Below are positions 1 through 10,100 of a stretch of DNA of 64,000 nucleotides, in pieces. The position numbers and the translations under genes are program-made. The stretch's first letter is position 1, and each line of letters starts with the position of its first letter. The notes under the pieces were generated by a model. It did no database searches, had not been told where the DNA came from, and worked only from the letters and a program-made list of their open reading frames with translations. The stretch comes from an uncultured SAR86 cluster bacterium (GTDB taxonomy: Bacteria > Pseudomonadota > Gammaproteobacteria > Magnimaribacterales > D2472): positions 70,299-134,298 of the forward strand of contig CACKEY010000002.1 in assembly GCA_902599315.1 (NCBI GenBank), read 5' to 3'.

Positions 1-695
1 GGTTTAATGCCACCTTCAACAATTCCTAAATTAAAAGCAATGCCGTTTAATTCTCCAAATGAGGAGCTATCATGAGATTGAGCAACTTCTAAAGCTTTCT
101 GTGACCAATGAGTAAGTTTATGAATTGCATTATCTGCCATAGCTCTTTTATCTGAGCTGTGACCAGCGTGTCCAAAAAATTCTTGAGTTCCAGTTACGAT
201 TCCTCTATGGCAAGTTACAGCCATATTTTGAGTTGGCTCTGCTACTATTACACCCTCAAAAACAGGTCTTGATTTGATATATTCTTTAACACAGGTACTT
301 TGACCAGCCTCTTCGTCAGTAGAAAATAGAATTGCATAATCAGATAAGCCCTTTTCTATAAGGGCTAGTATGCATGCAGCAGCACCTTTGATGTCACAAA
401 CACCAAGTCCATATGCTTTTTCATTTTTTATTATTAAGTCATGTGGATTTGATTCCCATCCATCTCCAGCTGGCACTGTATCTAAATGAACATTAACAAG
501 ATATTTTGGAGAACCTTTGGTGAAAAAAATATTAAAAGAGCCGCTTCCATGATCTTTAATTTGAGGATCAATAAAGTCTAATGAATTTAGGTACGCTATT
601 AGACCAGATTCCTTTATCTTGCGTGGAGGATTAGAAGTATCAAATCCAACCAAAGATTTCAAATGCTTCAAACAGAGATCTAGATCGGTGCTCAT
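1..695 (-). CDS. argE: M20-family deacetylase, ArgE-like (acetylornithine/acetylcitrulline deacetylase); partial, C-terminus lies beyond the window start
   Basis: Not in the ORF track because it is open at the window edge. The minus frame from ATG at 695 (ATGA overlap with the argG stop) reads MSTDLDLCLKHLKSLVGFDTSNPPRK..VNVHLDTVPAGDGW..AYGLGVCDIKGAAA..FSTDEEAG with no stop down to position 1. These are M20 ArgE/DapE-type motifs, and the gene sits in an arg cluster. Confidence 0.6.
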   Translation of the reverse strand, partial: MSTDLDLCLKHLKSLVGFDTSNPPRKIKESGLIAYLNSLDFIDPQIKDHGSGSFNIFFTKGSPKYLVNVHLDTVPAGDGWESNPHDLIIKNEKAYGLGVCDIKGAAACILALIEKGLSDYAILFSTDEEAGQSTCVKEYIKSRPVFEGVIVAEPTQNMAVTCHRGIVTGTQEFFGHAGHSSDKRAMADNAIHKLTHWSQKALEVAQSHDSSSFGELNGIAFNLGIVEGGIK

Positions 696-1888
696 TGTTT
701 CTTGTGTATCGATGCCCAGGTTGATGTGCTTTGACCGATCAATTTAATGAATCCTTTAGACTCAGATTCAGACCAGGTTGCAGACTGAGCGTATTCACCC
801 TCAGGACTTTTTAGGATGTTTTTTGATGAGACAGCAACTGCATCAACACTTCCCGGAGAAAGTTTTAGAGTAACTTCTCCTGAAACCATTTTTTGAGAAT
901 CTAGTAAAAATGCTTCAAGATTTTCACGTAAAGGCTCAAAATAAAAACCTCGATAAACAAGATTTACCCACTCTTGCCCAATTTGTGTTTTAACAAGATT
1001 TTGTTTATCAGTTAAAACAGCTTCTTCTAATGCTCGATGTGCAGACATTAAAATTGTGATGCCAGGAGCTTCAAATACAAATCTACCCTTAAGACCAATA
1101 ATAGTATCACTTGAAAAAACTGATCGGCCAATACCAAAAGAACCTCCTAAGTTATTCAATATTTTGAGAAAATCAGCTCCCTGCATTTTCTTATTATTTA
1201 TTGAAATAACTCTTCCTCTCAAAAATTTTATCTTTAAGATCTTTGATTTTTTAGGATACTGATGAGGCAACCTACAGAGTACAAAACTCTCGCTTAATGG
1301 CTCTTTCCATTCATCAATTTCACTTCCCGATATGGTAGCTCCCATTAAGTTTTCATTGATGCTGTATTTTTTATTCAAAGACGAAACTTTAAAACCCTTG
1401 TCTCTTAAATAGTCCTCTTCATATGCCCTAACATTTTTTGTAATGTTTTGTATCTCTCGAATTGGAGTAATAATATTATACTTTCCATGAGCTCTAATGG
1501 ATAAATCAAATCTTATCTGATCATTTCCCATGCCTGTGCAGCCATGCGCAATATTATTTGTATTAAGTTTTTTGCATAATTTGATTGACTCTTTAACAAT
1601 TAAATATCTATCCGAACACAATGCTGGATATTTGTTTTGATACAAAGCTCCGGATTGAACCAATGGAATTAAAATTTCAGACCATAAACTTTTTTCAACA
1701 TTTAGATTAATGTGTTTTTTTGCGCCTAACTCATTTGCTCTTTTTGTTATAGCAAGCTCTTCTTTAGCAGAAATTCCACCAGTGTTTACAAATAGTGTAT
1801 GCACTTCATAGCCTTGATCAATCAAATAAGGAACACAAAAACTTGTATCCAAACCTCCTGAAAACGCTAATATTACTTTTTTACTCAT
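692..1888 (-). CDS. argG: argininosuccinate synthase
   Basis: MSKKVILAFSGGLDTS N-terminal ATP-PPase motif and full-length similarity to ArgG. The track start at 1894 is a TTG; the ATG is at 1888. Confidence 0.95.
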   Translation of the reverse strand: MSKKVILAFSGGLDTSFCVPYLIDQGYEVHTLFVNTGGISAKEELAITKRANELGAKKHINLNVEKSLWSEILIPLVQSGALYQNKYPALCSDRYLIVKESIKLCKKLNTNNIAHGCTGMGNDQIRFDLSIRAHGKYNIITPIREIQNITKNVRAYEEDYLRDKGFKVSSLNKKYSINENLMGATISGSEIDEWKEPLSESFVLCRLPHQYPKKSKILKIKFLRGRVISINNKKMQGADFLKILNNLGGSFGIGRSVFSSDTIIGLKGRFVFEAPGITILMSAHRALEEAVLTDKQNLVKTQIGQEWVNLVYRGFYFEPLRENLEAFLLDSQKMVSGEVTLKLSPGSVDAVAVSSKNILKSPEGEYAQSATWSESESKGFIKLIGQSTSTWASIHKKQ

Positions 1889-1897
1889 TATCAATAC

Positions 1898-2890
1898 CTA
1901 TAAAATTCTAGTTAAGATTGATTTTTGAACATGTTTTCTATTCGCAGCTTCATTGACCGCTAAACAATAATCTGCGTCCATGACTTCATCAGTTGCTTTA
2001 ACATTTCTTCTCAATGGCAGACAGTGACTAAATACAGCGTTATTAGTGAGACTCATCTTCGATTCATCAACAATAAAATGTTTATATTTACTGTTTAAGG
2101 ATGCCTGTTCATCTGGTTTACCATAATAACTTAAAGATCCCCAACTTTTTGCATAAACAATGTCTACGTCAGAATAAGCGCTTTCAATGTCATAGGATAT
2201 TTCAAAGTCTGTATTTTCTAATGAGCAATTCTCCTTTGCAGCATTGATATACCTATCATCAAGATGATACTCCTTCGAAGGACATAATAATTTTACATTC
2301 ATTCCAAATTTACTTGCTATAAGAAGACTCGAGTTTGCCACGGCGGTATTAAGCGGATTTGGATGATATGTCCAGGTCAACAAATATTTTTTACCCTGAA
2401 GATCTCCATAATATTCTTGCATGGTCAAAATATGTGCAAGTTCTTGGCATGGATGCTCTATAGTTTCCATATTTACGACTGGAACTGAAGAATATTTTGC
2501 AAAACTGTTAATAACAGAGTCGTCTCTTTCTTGATTCCAATTTATAAACTTTGGAAAAGCTCTTATAGCAATACAATCACAATAAGAAGATAAGACTTGA
2601 GCAACCTCTTTTACATGTTCTTCAGTCTCGCCATCCATTACAATGTTTTCTTCAAATTCAATGGACCACGCATCTTTGCCGGGCTGCAGTAACACTGCAG
2701 TGCCAGATAATTCACTGATGCCAATCTCAAAACTAGTTTTGGTTCTCATTGATGGATTTAAAAATAAAAGCGCAACTGATTTATTCTTTAACAAAGGCTG
2801 ATAAGGATTGTTTTTTAACTCAATAGCGAAATTGATGATATCTTGTAGTTCTGATCTAGACCAATTTTGAGTAGTAATAAAGTTTTTCAT
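1898..2890 (-). CDS. argF': N-acetylornithine carbamoyltransferase (AOTCase-type transcarbamylase)
   Basis: Near-colinear with my recollection of Xanthomonas AOTCase: FLNPSMRTKTSFE, LLQPGKDAWSIEF, VMDGETEEH, IRAFPKF, NMETIEHPCQELAH, LTWTYHPNPLNTAVANS, FSHCLPLRRNVKATD. Confidence 0.85.
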   Translation of the reverse strand: MKNFITTQNWSRSELQDIINFAIELKNNPYQPLLKNKSVALLFLNPSMRTKTSFEIGISELSGTAVLLQPGKDAWSIEFEENIVMDGETEEHVKEVAQVLSSYCDCIAIRAFPKFINWNQERDDSVINSFAKYSSVPVVNMETIEHPCQELAHILTMQEYYGDLQGKKYLLTWTYHPNPLNTAVANSSLLIASKFGMNVKLLCPSKEYHLDDRYINAAKENCSLENTDFEISYDIESAYSDVDIVYAKSWGSLSYYGKPDEQASLNSKYKHFIVDESKMSLTNNAVFSHCLPLRRNVKATDEVMDADYCLAVNEAANRKHVQKSILTRIL

Positions 2891-2922
2891 AAATATTGAA
2901 GTTCCATCATTCTTGATGGATG

Positions 2923-3312
2923 TTATACAGATCTAATTCTTTGGGTTGGAATTGATGACTTGATTTCTACAATTTCATTTGTTTTGTCAAAATAAACTAA
3001 ATTGGGCTTATGATTAAGCACTTGATCTTCAGGCATTGATGCATATGAGCAAATAATAATAATATCCTCAGGAGACGCTTTATGAGCTGCAGCACCATTG
3101 ATAGAGACTGTTTTTGAACCAGCTTCTGCGGCTATGAGATAAGTTGAGAAGCGCTCTCCATTGGTAACGTTATATATCTCGACTTTTTCATATTCAGACA
3201 TCTTTGCTGCGTGGATAAAATTAGTGTCCAAGGCGCACGAGCCCTCGTAATCAATCTCAACTTGAGTTACGTTTAGGCGATGAAGCTTTGAATTAAGCAA
3301 TACTCTTTCCAT
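2923..3312 (-). CDS. panD: aspartate 1-decarboxylase
   Basis: MERVLLNSKLHRLNVTQVEIDYEGSCALD contains the GS self-processing site context. The track start at 3330 is a TTG; the ATG at 3312 fits PanD length. Confidence 0.9.
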   Translation of the reverse strand: MERVLLNSKLHRLNVTQVEIDYEGSCALDTNFIHAAKMSEYEKVEIYNVTNGERFSTYLIAAEAGSKTVSINGAAAHKASPEDIIIICSYASMPEDQVLNHKPNLVYFDKTNEIVEIKSSIPTQRIRSV

Positions 3313-3352
3313 AGGTTGAGCAGTATGCAAGAAAAACGCCTAAAATCCAACA

Positions 3353-4168
3353 TTATTTAATAAGAAAATTGTCTATAAGCCTTACTCCTCCAAGGTTTAC
3401 AGCAACAGCTAATAAAGTGTTTGGCTCGAATTCATCTATTTCTTCTAAAGTATTTGAATTGCAAAAAGAAAAATAATCAACGTCAAAATCTAATTCTTCC
3501 AGCTTTTTTATAGCTTCGACCTTTAAATATTCTAAATTTCGAGTATGTATTTGTTGAGCAGTGTTTTTTAAAATCACTGATAATTCTGATGCAATAAGTC
3601 TTTGATCAGGGTTCAATAAATTATTTCTTGAAGACATAGCAAGTCCGTCGGGCTCTCTTACAATAGGTACTCCATGAATTTCAGTATCTAATTTTGACTT
3701 ATCTAAAAAATCTTTTACGATCAAAAATTGTTGATAGTCTTTAAATCCAAAAAAAACATTTTTCGGTTTAATTAACTGAAAAAAGTGATTTAAGATTGAA
3801 ATAATGCCATGGAAAAAGTGTGGCCTTGAGATTCCACACAGTTTTTTAGATAGTTCTGAGTTTGCATACAATTTTTTGGCGCCCTCAGCAAAATTAGGTT
3901 CTGGAAAAAAAACTGCATCACAATTTGCATTCTCTAATTTTATCAAGTCTTTTTTTTCTGTTCTTGGATAGATGTCTAGATCTTCATTTGGAGCAAATTG
4001 AAGAGGATTAACAAATATAGAGACAAGAGTGATCCCATTATATTTGTTTGCTTCTGATACAAGGCTCAAATGACCTGCATGAAGATTGCCCATGGTTGGA
4101 ACAAAATTAATTTCTTTAGATTGTTGAAGAAATTTATCTAAATCCTTGGCTGAATTAATAATTTGCAA
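3353..4168 (-). CDS. panC: pantoate--beta-alanine ligase
   Basis: FVPTMGNLHAGHLSLV HIGH-type motif and PanC length. Gene sits in a panBCD cluster. Confidence 0.95.
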   Translation of the reverse strand: MQIINSAKDLDKFLQQSKEINFVPTMGNLHAGHLSLVSEANKYNGITLVSIFVNPLQFAPNEDLDIYPRTEKKDLIKLENANCDAVFFPEPNFAEGAKKLYANSELSKKLCGISRPHFFHGIISILNHFFQLIKPKNVFFGFKDYQQFLIVKDFLDKSKLDTEIHGVPIVREPDGLAMSSRNNLLNPDQRLIASELSVILKNTAQQIHTRNLEYLKVEAIKKLEELDFDVDYFSFCNSNTLEEIDEFEPNTLLAVAVNLGGVRLIDNFLIK

Positions 4169-4170
4169 AG

Positions 4171-4986
4171 TTAAAAAAAAGTGTGCTCTTTTGCTGGGAA
4201 TCTTTGTGCTTTAACTTCTTTAACATATGCAGCTACTGCGCTTTGTACAGAATTATTTTCAGCAAGGAAGTTTTTAATAAATTTTGGTGGCTTTTCTAAG
4301 CATGAAATACCAAGCAAATCGTGGATTACCATTACCTGAGCATCTGTTGAGACGCCTGCACCTATTCCAATAACTGGAATAGATAAAGATTTTGTAATTT
4401 CCGCTGCTAAATCATTTGGAATACATTCAAGCAATAAAAGAGATGCTCCTGCAGATTCGAGCTCCTTGGCTTCTGAGATCATTTCTTCTTTTTTATCTGT
4501 ATCACGGCCTTGTACAAAATAGCCTCCAATTCGATTAATTGATTGAGGTGTTAACCCCATATGGGCGCATACTGGGATGCCCCGCTCTGCCAAGGTGCTC
4601 GTTAAGTCACAGATCCAACGACCTCCTTCTAATTTAATTGAGTGTGCTCCATTTTGCATCAGCAAAGCAGCATTTGTTAGAGCTTTATCCTTTGTTGAGT
4701 AACTCATAAATGGCATATCGGCCATCAAATGAGAATTAATATTTCCTCTACTAACATTTTTAAGGTGATAAATAAGATCATTCATTGTTACTGGCAAAGT
4801 ACTATCATGGCCTTGAATAACCATTCCTAAACTATCACCAACCAATATAACTTCAACTCCAGCAGAACTAATTACATTTGCTAAAGTTGATTCATATGCG
4901 GTTAAACATGTAAATTTTTCACCATTGGTTTTTAGGTTATTGAGAGTATCAATGGTGATCAATGATTGGGCGTTATGCGCTGACAT
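4171..4986 (-). CDS. panB: 3-methyl-2-oxobutanoate hydroxymethyltransferase
   Basis: LTAYESTLA..ILVGDSLGMV..SIKLEGG motifs typical of PanB. Confidence 0.95.
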   Translation of the reverse strand: MSAHNAQSLITIDTLNNLKTNGEKFTCLTAYESTLANVISSAGVEVILVGDSLGMVIQGHDSTLPVTMNDLIYHLKNVSRGNINSHLMADMPFMSYSTKDKALTNAALLMQNGAHSIKLEGGRWICDLTSTLAERGIPVCAHMGLTPQSINRIGGYFVQGRDTDKKEEMISEAKELESAGASLLLLECIPNDLAAEITKSLSIPVIGIGAGVSTDAQVMVIHDLLGISCLEKPPKFIKNFLAENNSVQSAVAAYVKEVKAQRFPAKEHTFF

Positions 4987-4988
4987 GC

Positions 4989-6191
4989 TTAATGAATGGA
5001 TTGATTATTTTTACTTAGCATATTTATGAGCTGAACTGCTAAAAGATTTTTTGATGCTTTATGAAAATGAGTATGAGATTCCTTTGTAAACACACTAATT
5101 TCATTAAAATCAGAGTCGAATCCAATGTCTTTTTTTGAAACATCATTGGCAACAATGAAATCTAAACCTTTTTCAACCAGTTTAACTTTTGCATGTTCCT
5201 CTATTTTTTCTGTTTCAGCACAAAACCCCATAAATTTTTTATCTGGAAATTCCCTTGATAGTGATGCAATGATATCAATATTTTTTTTAAGTAAAATTTG
5301 CATATCCTTTGAAGATGATTTTTTAATTTTATTTTGATTTTGAATTACTGGACTATAGTCTGCAACAGCTGCACAGCCAATAAAAATATCAGCATCAGTT
5401 ATATATTTTTTTGATTCCACATACATCTCAGCAGCAGTCTTGACATCAATCCTTAATATTTTATTTGAACATTCTAAGGATACTGGACCCGTTATAAGAG
5501 TTACATCTGCACCTGATTTGGAGGCAGCTTCAGCAAGCGCGAAACCCATCTTTCCAGAGCTATTATTTGATATAAATCTTACTGGATCAATTTGTTCTCT
5601 TGTTGGGCCGGCTGTAATAATAATTTTTTTTCCATTTAAGAATTTATTTTCTGACATTTTGATAGTCTCATAAATTTCTTCAGGCTCTGACATTCTCCCG
5701 TAGCCACTATCTCCACAGGCTTGCTCACCTTTTGAAGGACCAATAAATACTATTCCCCTAGATTGCAAAGAATTAACATTATTTTGAGTGGCTGTATTTG
5801 ACCACATATTCTTATTCATTGCTGGAGCAACATAAATTTGAGCTTTAGAAGCCAAGACTATTGCACCTAATAAATCATCAGCTCTTCCAGAGGATAGTCT
5901 AGATATTGTCTCAGCGCTGCATGGAGCAATTAAAATGGTATCAGCCCATTTAGCTAATTCAATGTGACCCATGGCCTGTTCTGCAGTCTCATCAAGAAGG
6001 TTTCGATGAACACTGTTTCCACTTATTGCCTGCATTGTTAAAGGCGTAATGAATTCACATGCAGAATCTGTCATTAAAATTCTGACATTATCTCCATTTT
6101 TCTTAAACAATCTTGCCAAATCAGCAGATTTATATGCAGCTATACTTCCAGTTATACAGAGAAGGGTGTTAGATGATTGCTCGTTTTTCAT
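4989..6191 (-). CDS. coaBC: bifunctional phosphopantothenoylcysteine decarboxylase / phosphopantothenate-cysteine ligase
   Basis: N-terminal flavoprotein domain (ITGSIAAYKSADL, PAMNKNMW) plus C-terminal CoaB domain (ITAGPTREQIDPVRFISNNSSGKMG). Confidence 0.95.
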   Translation of the reverse strand: MKNEQSSNTLLCITGSIAAYKSADLARLFKKNGDNVRILMTDSACEFITPLTMQAISGNSVHRNLLDETAEQAMGHIELAKWADTILIAPCSAETISRLSSGRADDLLGAIVLASKAQIYVAPAMNKNMWSNTATQNNVNSLQSRGIVFIGPSKGEQACGDSGYGRMSEPEEIYETIKMSENKFLNGKKIIITAGPTREQIDPVRFISNNSSGKMGFALAEAASKSGADVTLITGPVSLECSNKILRIDVKTAAEMYVESKKYITDADIFIGCAAVADYSPVIQNQNKIKKSSSKDMQILLKKNIDIIASLSREFPDKKFMGFCAETEKIEEHAKVKLVEKGLDFIVANDVSKKDIGFDSDFNEISVFTKESHTHFHKASKNLLAVQLINMLSKNNQSIH

Positions 6192-6240
6192 ATACGTAAG
6201 TATTCAAAAAATGTAAATCTTACATATTTTCGTGGATAAA

Positions 6241-6267
6241 AACAAAAAAGGGAGCTTTAAAGCTCCC
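6241..6267 (-). terminator. rho-independent terminator after the 6287-6556 gene
   Basis: Perfect palindrome GGGAGCTTTAAAGCTCCC at 6250-6267. An A-run on the + strand gives a T-run on the - strand downstream of the hairpin. Confidence 0.6.
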
Positions 6268-6286
6268 CTGAGAGAATCACAATAAT

Positions 6287-6556
6287 TTATTTTGTTCCAG
6301 ACACAGATCCTGAATCTGGCTTAAGACCTCTTACTTTTTTAAATAAAGTGCACTTTTGAGATGCTTTATTAAAAGTAAAGCCTTGGACCTTTGATTTTGT
6401 CAGAGCATACTTTGAACATCCCTCAACAGAGGAATATTTTTTTGCAGTTTTAACAGAAAATATTCTGCCTTGGATTTCATAACCATCTTGAATTGCTATT
6501 TCTGCAGATGTGGAGAAAGGTAAAGAGATAGCAGCAAAAAGTAGAATTTTTTTCAT
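6287..6556 (-). CDS. small secreted protein, possibly PAN/Apple-like; function unknown
   Basis: Signal peptide MKKILLFAAISLPFSTSA. Two-Cys segment GCSKYALTKSKVQGFTFNKASQKCTLFK resembles PAN-type modules. Its own terminator lies downstream. Confidence 0.45.
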   Translation of the reverse strand: MKKILLFAAISLPFSTSAEIAIQDGYEIQGRIFSVKTAKKYSSVEGCSKYALTKSKVQGFTFNKASQKCTLFKKVRGLKPDSGSVSGTK

Positions 6557-6734
6557 TATATTGATCCTTTATTTTTAATAGATATGTTCATACGAAAAAT
6601 CTATTTTATGTTTAAATAATACACATATTATAAAGCAATTATTGTGCCAATTTTATGTTTTTTTTGTAAACAATATGTATCTATTTAGTTAGTCTTATAT
6701 TGATAGAAGATTTTTAGAGGTAGATAATGAATAA

Positions 6735-7082
6735 ATGAAAACTCTTGCAGATCTGATCAAAGAAGCACACATGGTTGTGCCTACGATTAAATGTGAGGAA
6801 TTGGCTGCAAACACAGATGGTTTGATGCTAATTGATGTAAGAGAATCTTCAGAACTTGAAGAAACAGGAAGTATTGATGGAGCCTTAAATATTCCTAGGG
6901 GCCTTATTGAAATGAAGTTAAGTCCAAATGATGAATCTATGGATGTTAATACGCCAATCGTAGTATTTTGTGGCGGTGGAAGTAGAGCTGCGTTAGCTGG
7001 TTCAACTCTCTTAGACTTAGGTTTTAAGAATGTAAAAAGTTTGGAGGGTGGATTTCGTGAGTGGAAAGATTTTTCTAAATGA
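6735..7082 (+). CDS. rhodanese-domain sulfurtransferase
   Basis: LIDVRE..E...G.I.GALNIP and the active-site loop VVFCGGGSRAALAG, with LEGGFREW at the C-terminus. Confidence 0.8.
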   Translation: MKTLADLIKEAHMVVPTIKCEELAANTDGLMLIDVRESSELEETGSIDGALNIPRGLIEMKLSPNDESMDVNTPIVVFCGGGSRAALAGSTLLDLGFKNVKSLEGGFREWKDFSK

Positions 7083-7101
7083 ATATATTTTGTTTTGATT
7101 C

Positions 7102-7131
7102 AAAAAAAAAGAGGGCTACTGCCCTCTTTTT
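7102..7131. terminator. bidirectional rho-independent terminator between convergent genes
   Basis: A9-AGAGGGC-TACT-GCCCTCT-T5. It lies between the rhodanese stop (7082) and the TBDR stop (7148). Confidence 0.7.
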
Positions 7132-7147
7132 AATTCAATAAGCTTCT

Positions 7148-10100
7148 TTAGAACTTATATCTAAAACCTAAGCGATAGACTGGACCGTGATCTTGAGCTA
7201 AGAAAAGCATCTCAGGATATCTTGCATATAGTCTTGTATCCTCGTCGTTAAGGTTTTGGCCCTCAACAAAAACTGATGCTTGCTCATTAAGTCTATATGC
7301 AAATGAAGCATCAATCTGATTTCGCTCCATCACGTATAAAGGCTGATCGTAGTTCCCAAAGCCAGCGACTGTTTCGCCTCTAGTATTCAAAGCAATTCTT
7401 GCTGTGATCTTCTCATCCTCATAAAAAACCGAAGCATTTGATGAGTCGCCAAGACCAGGAAGGATAAATTGTCTGCCGATTGCGTTTCTATCAATATCAA
7501 CATCTCCGCCCTCAACAAATGTAGCATTCAGTTGAACACCATATCCTGTATCACCGAATAAATGTTGGAGTACCAATTCAAAACCATCAACTTCTCCAGT
7601 AGCAATGTTTGCAGGTCTGGTTATTTCAAATACAGCCAATGGATCGCTTGATGTAGCGTCAATGTAACCTGGCTCACATCTCCACCATCCGCCAGACTCA
7701 CAAGCTCCGAAAGGGAAACCACCTGAAACGTCGACTCCTCTGGACATTGCAACTGCCACCCAACCCATATGTTGTTGAGTATTCATCCAACTTTGAGCCC
7801 ATAGAGCCTGTTGAGAAACACAATGCATTGATCCCCATTCACCAGGAAAACCAGTATCAGGCCTTCCAGCCTGGTCCCAAGCATTCACACAATTTTGTGC
7901 ATACTGACCAATTTCTCCATATGCAGGATTTCTAAGACCATAAAGCTCGCCAGAGCTAATTTGATTTTCAATAAAATCTTCAATTTCTTTATAGAAATAA
8001 TTAACTGCAAAATAACTACCCTCGTCATAGTACCATTCATAAGCAATATCATAATTAGTTGATTTGAGTGGTTCTAAACTTGGATTTCCTCCTGATGCAG
8101 TGGGAGTAAAGAAATCTCTGTTGCTGAACGTTAGAGAAGATCTCATATCTTGCAAACTAGGTCTTGCCATTGTTTGTCCAGCAGAGAATCTTAGTACTTG
8201 CTCGTCATCTAATGAATATGCCATTGATACTTGAGGAAGTACCAAGTCATTACTTCCTGATTTAGGAGCATCTACTGGTCCGCCAGTAAGATATTGAAGA
8301 CCATTTATCATATCCCATCTAATATTTGTTGGTGTAGATTCAAGTCCAGTGGCTAGCACCTCTGCCTCTTCATATCTTATGCCAGCAACAACATTTAATG
8401 GCCTATTATTAACTGTAAATTCCATGTTGGCTTGAATGAACATCGAGTCGATTGTCTCCTCAACTCTATCATTCGTATCAACTGGCCCTGCATTGAAAAG
8501 TCCCACACGACCCTGCCAGTTATTTTTAGCGACCTTTGGATCTATCTCAAAATAATATCCATTTCCTGCATCAAAATTATCAAAGAATCCTTTAAGAGAT
8601 CTTCTAGTAAATATACTTGCGGATGCTGCAACAGCAGGATTTAGTGATGTCACTAGTTCAGAGCGGAGATCTCTAAACTCAGATTCAATGGATGAAATCC
8701 CAAATTCAATTGATTTTAAATAGCCACCGTCTAGATTTGTCCATTCTCCATTAAATTGGAATTGTTTCATTTGATTTTCTTTTTCAGCATCTCTGTAAAA
8801 TAGCCCTGTATGAACAAAATCAGATGATGTAAATTCTTTGTTATACACAAATGAATTAATACCATTGGCACCTCCATTAGTATGGGTAATCACAGCATCA
8901 GCTGGAGTAGCAAATCCCATTTCATTTGGTATTTCAGAACCATCTTTTTCCGCAGAGGAATCATGATAATCTAACTCAAATTTTAATGAATCAGAGTAAT
9001 TCCAATCTAGATTAAACCCTATCGATTCGTTTAAGTTTTCTGTATCACCCCAAATTAACTGATGATCGTAGCCCCTGTCGCCAACTACCAAATCCGTATA
9101 AACTCCATTTGAATTAATAGTTGCTTGTTGAGTTCCCCAACCACCCAACCATGAGCCAAACATCTGACCATTTGAACTAAATTCAACTTTAGAATAAGTG
9201 TAATCTGCAGTAGCAACTAAATTTTCAGAAAATTCATACTGAATGGTTACTTGACCATTTATTCTTAAGCGATCATTGTCTTTAAATTGATATGCAGAAG
9301 GCTCTTGATAGAAGGTTTTACCATCTGCTCTTTGATTGTTATTAGTAATGCCAGCTGCATTTTTATCAACCCTAGAATAACCCTCAATCAAAGCTAGATC
9401 CTCTACAGTAATCCAATTTGATTCTCTGGTACCTGTTTCTCTGTTGTTTCTATCTTGAAAAGATCCTGAAATTGCATAGCCCCATTTACCTTTATTCGAG
9501 CTATGCACAAAAGCAGCTTCAAGTGGATTGGTACCTTCTTTACTAGACGTATCTTTCAGCATGTCTACACTAAAAGAGGTTAAATCACCTGGGATGGCTA
9601 GAGGTTTTGTTGTAACCATATTAATAGTTGAGCCAATGCCGCCCGATGGCAATCTGCTATTAGTTGATTTGTATACTTCAACAGCTGATACTCCATGAGA
9701 AGAAATATCACCAAAGTTAAATGATCTGCCTCCACCCCATTGACCTGGAACTGTTGGCATTTGTCTTCCATTTAGTGTGACCAAATTAAGCTCTGGGCCA
9801 AAGCCACGAACAGCAACCCTTTCACCTTCAACATTACTTCTATCAATTCCAATACCTACAACCCTTGCTAGTGATTCGGCTAAATTACCATCTGGAAACT
9901 TACCAAAATCTTCTGCGGTAATTGCATCAACAATTCCTACGTTGTTTCTTTTAATTCCAATTGCTGTTTCTAAACTTCTTTTTATTCCAGTTACAACAAC
10001 CTCTTCAACTCCATCTTCATCAGATGTATATGTGCTTGAAGTGTCATAACCTGAGACTTTTATGGATTTATTTTCTACTTCAGCGATAATTATCTCTGTT

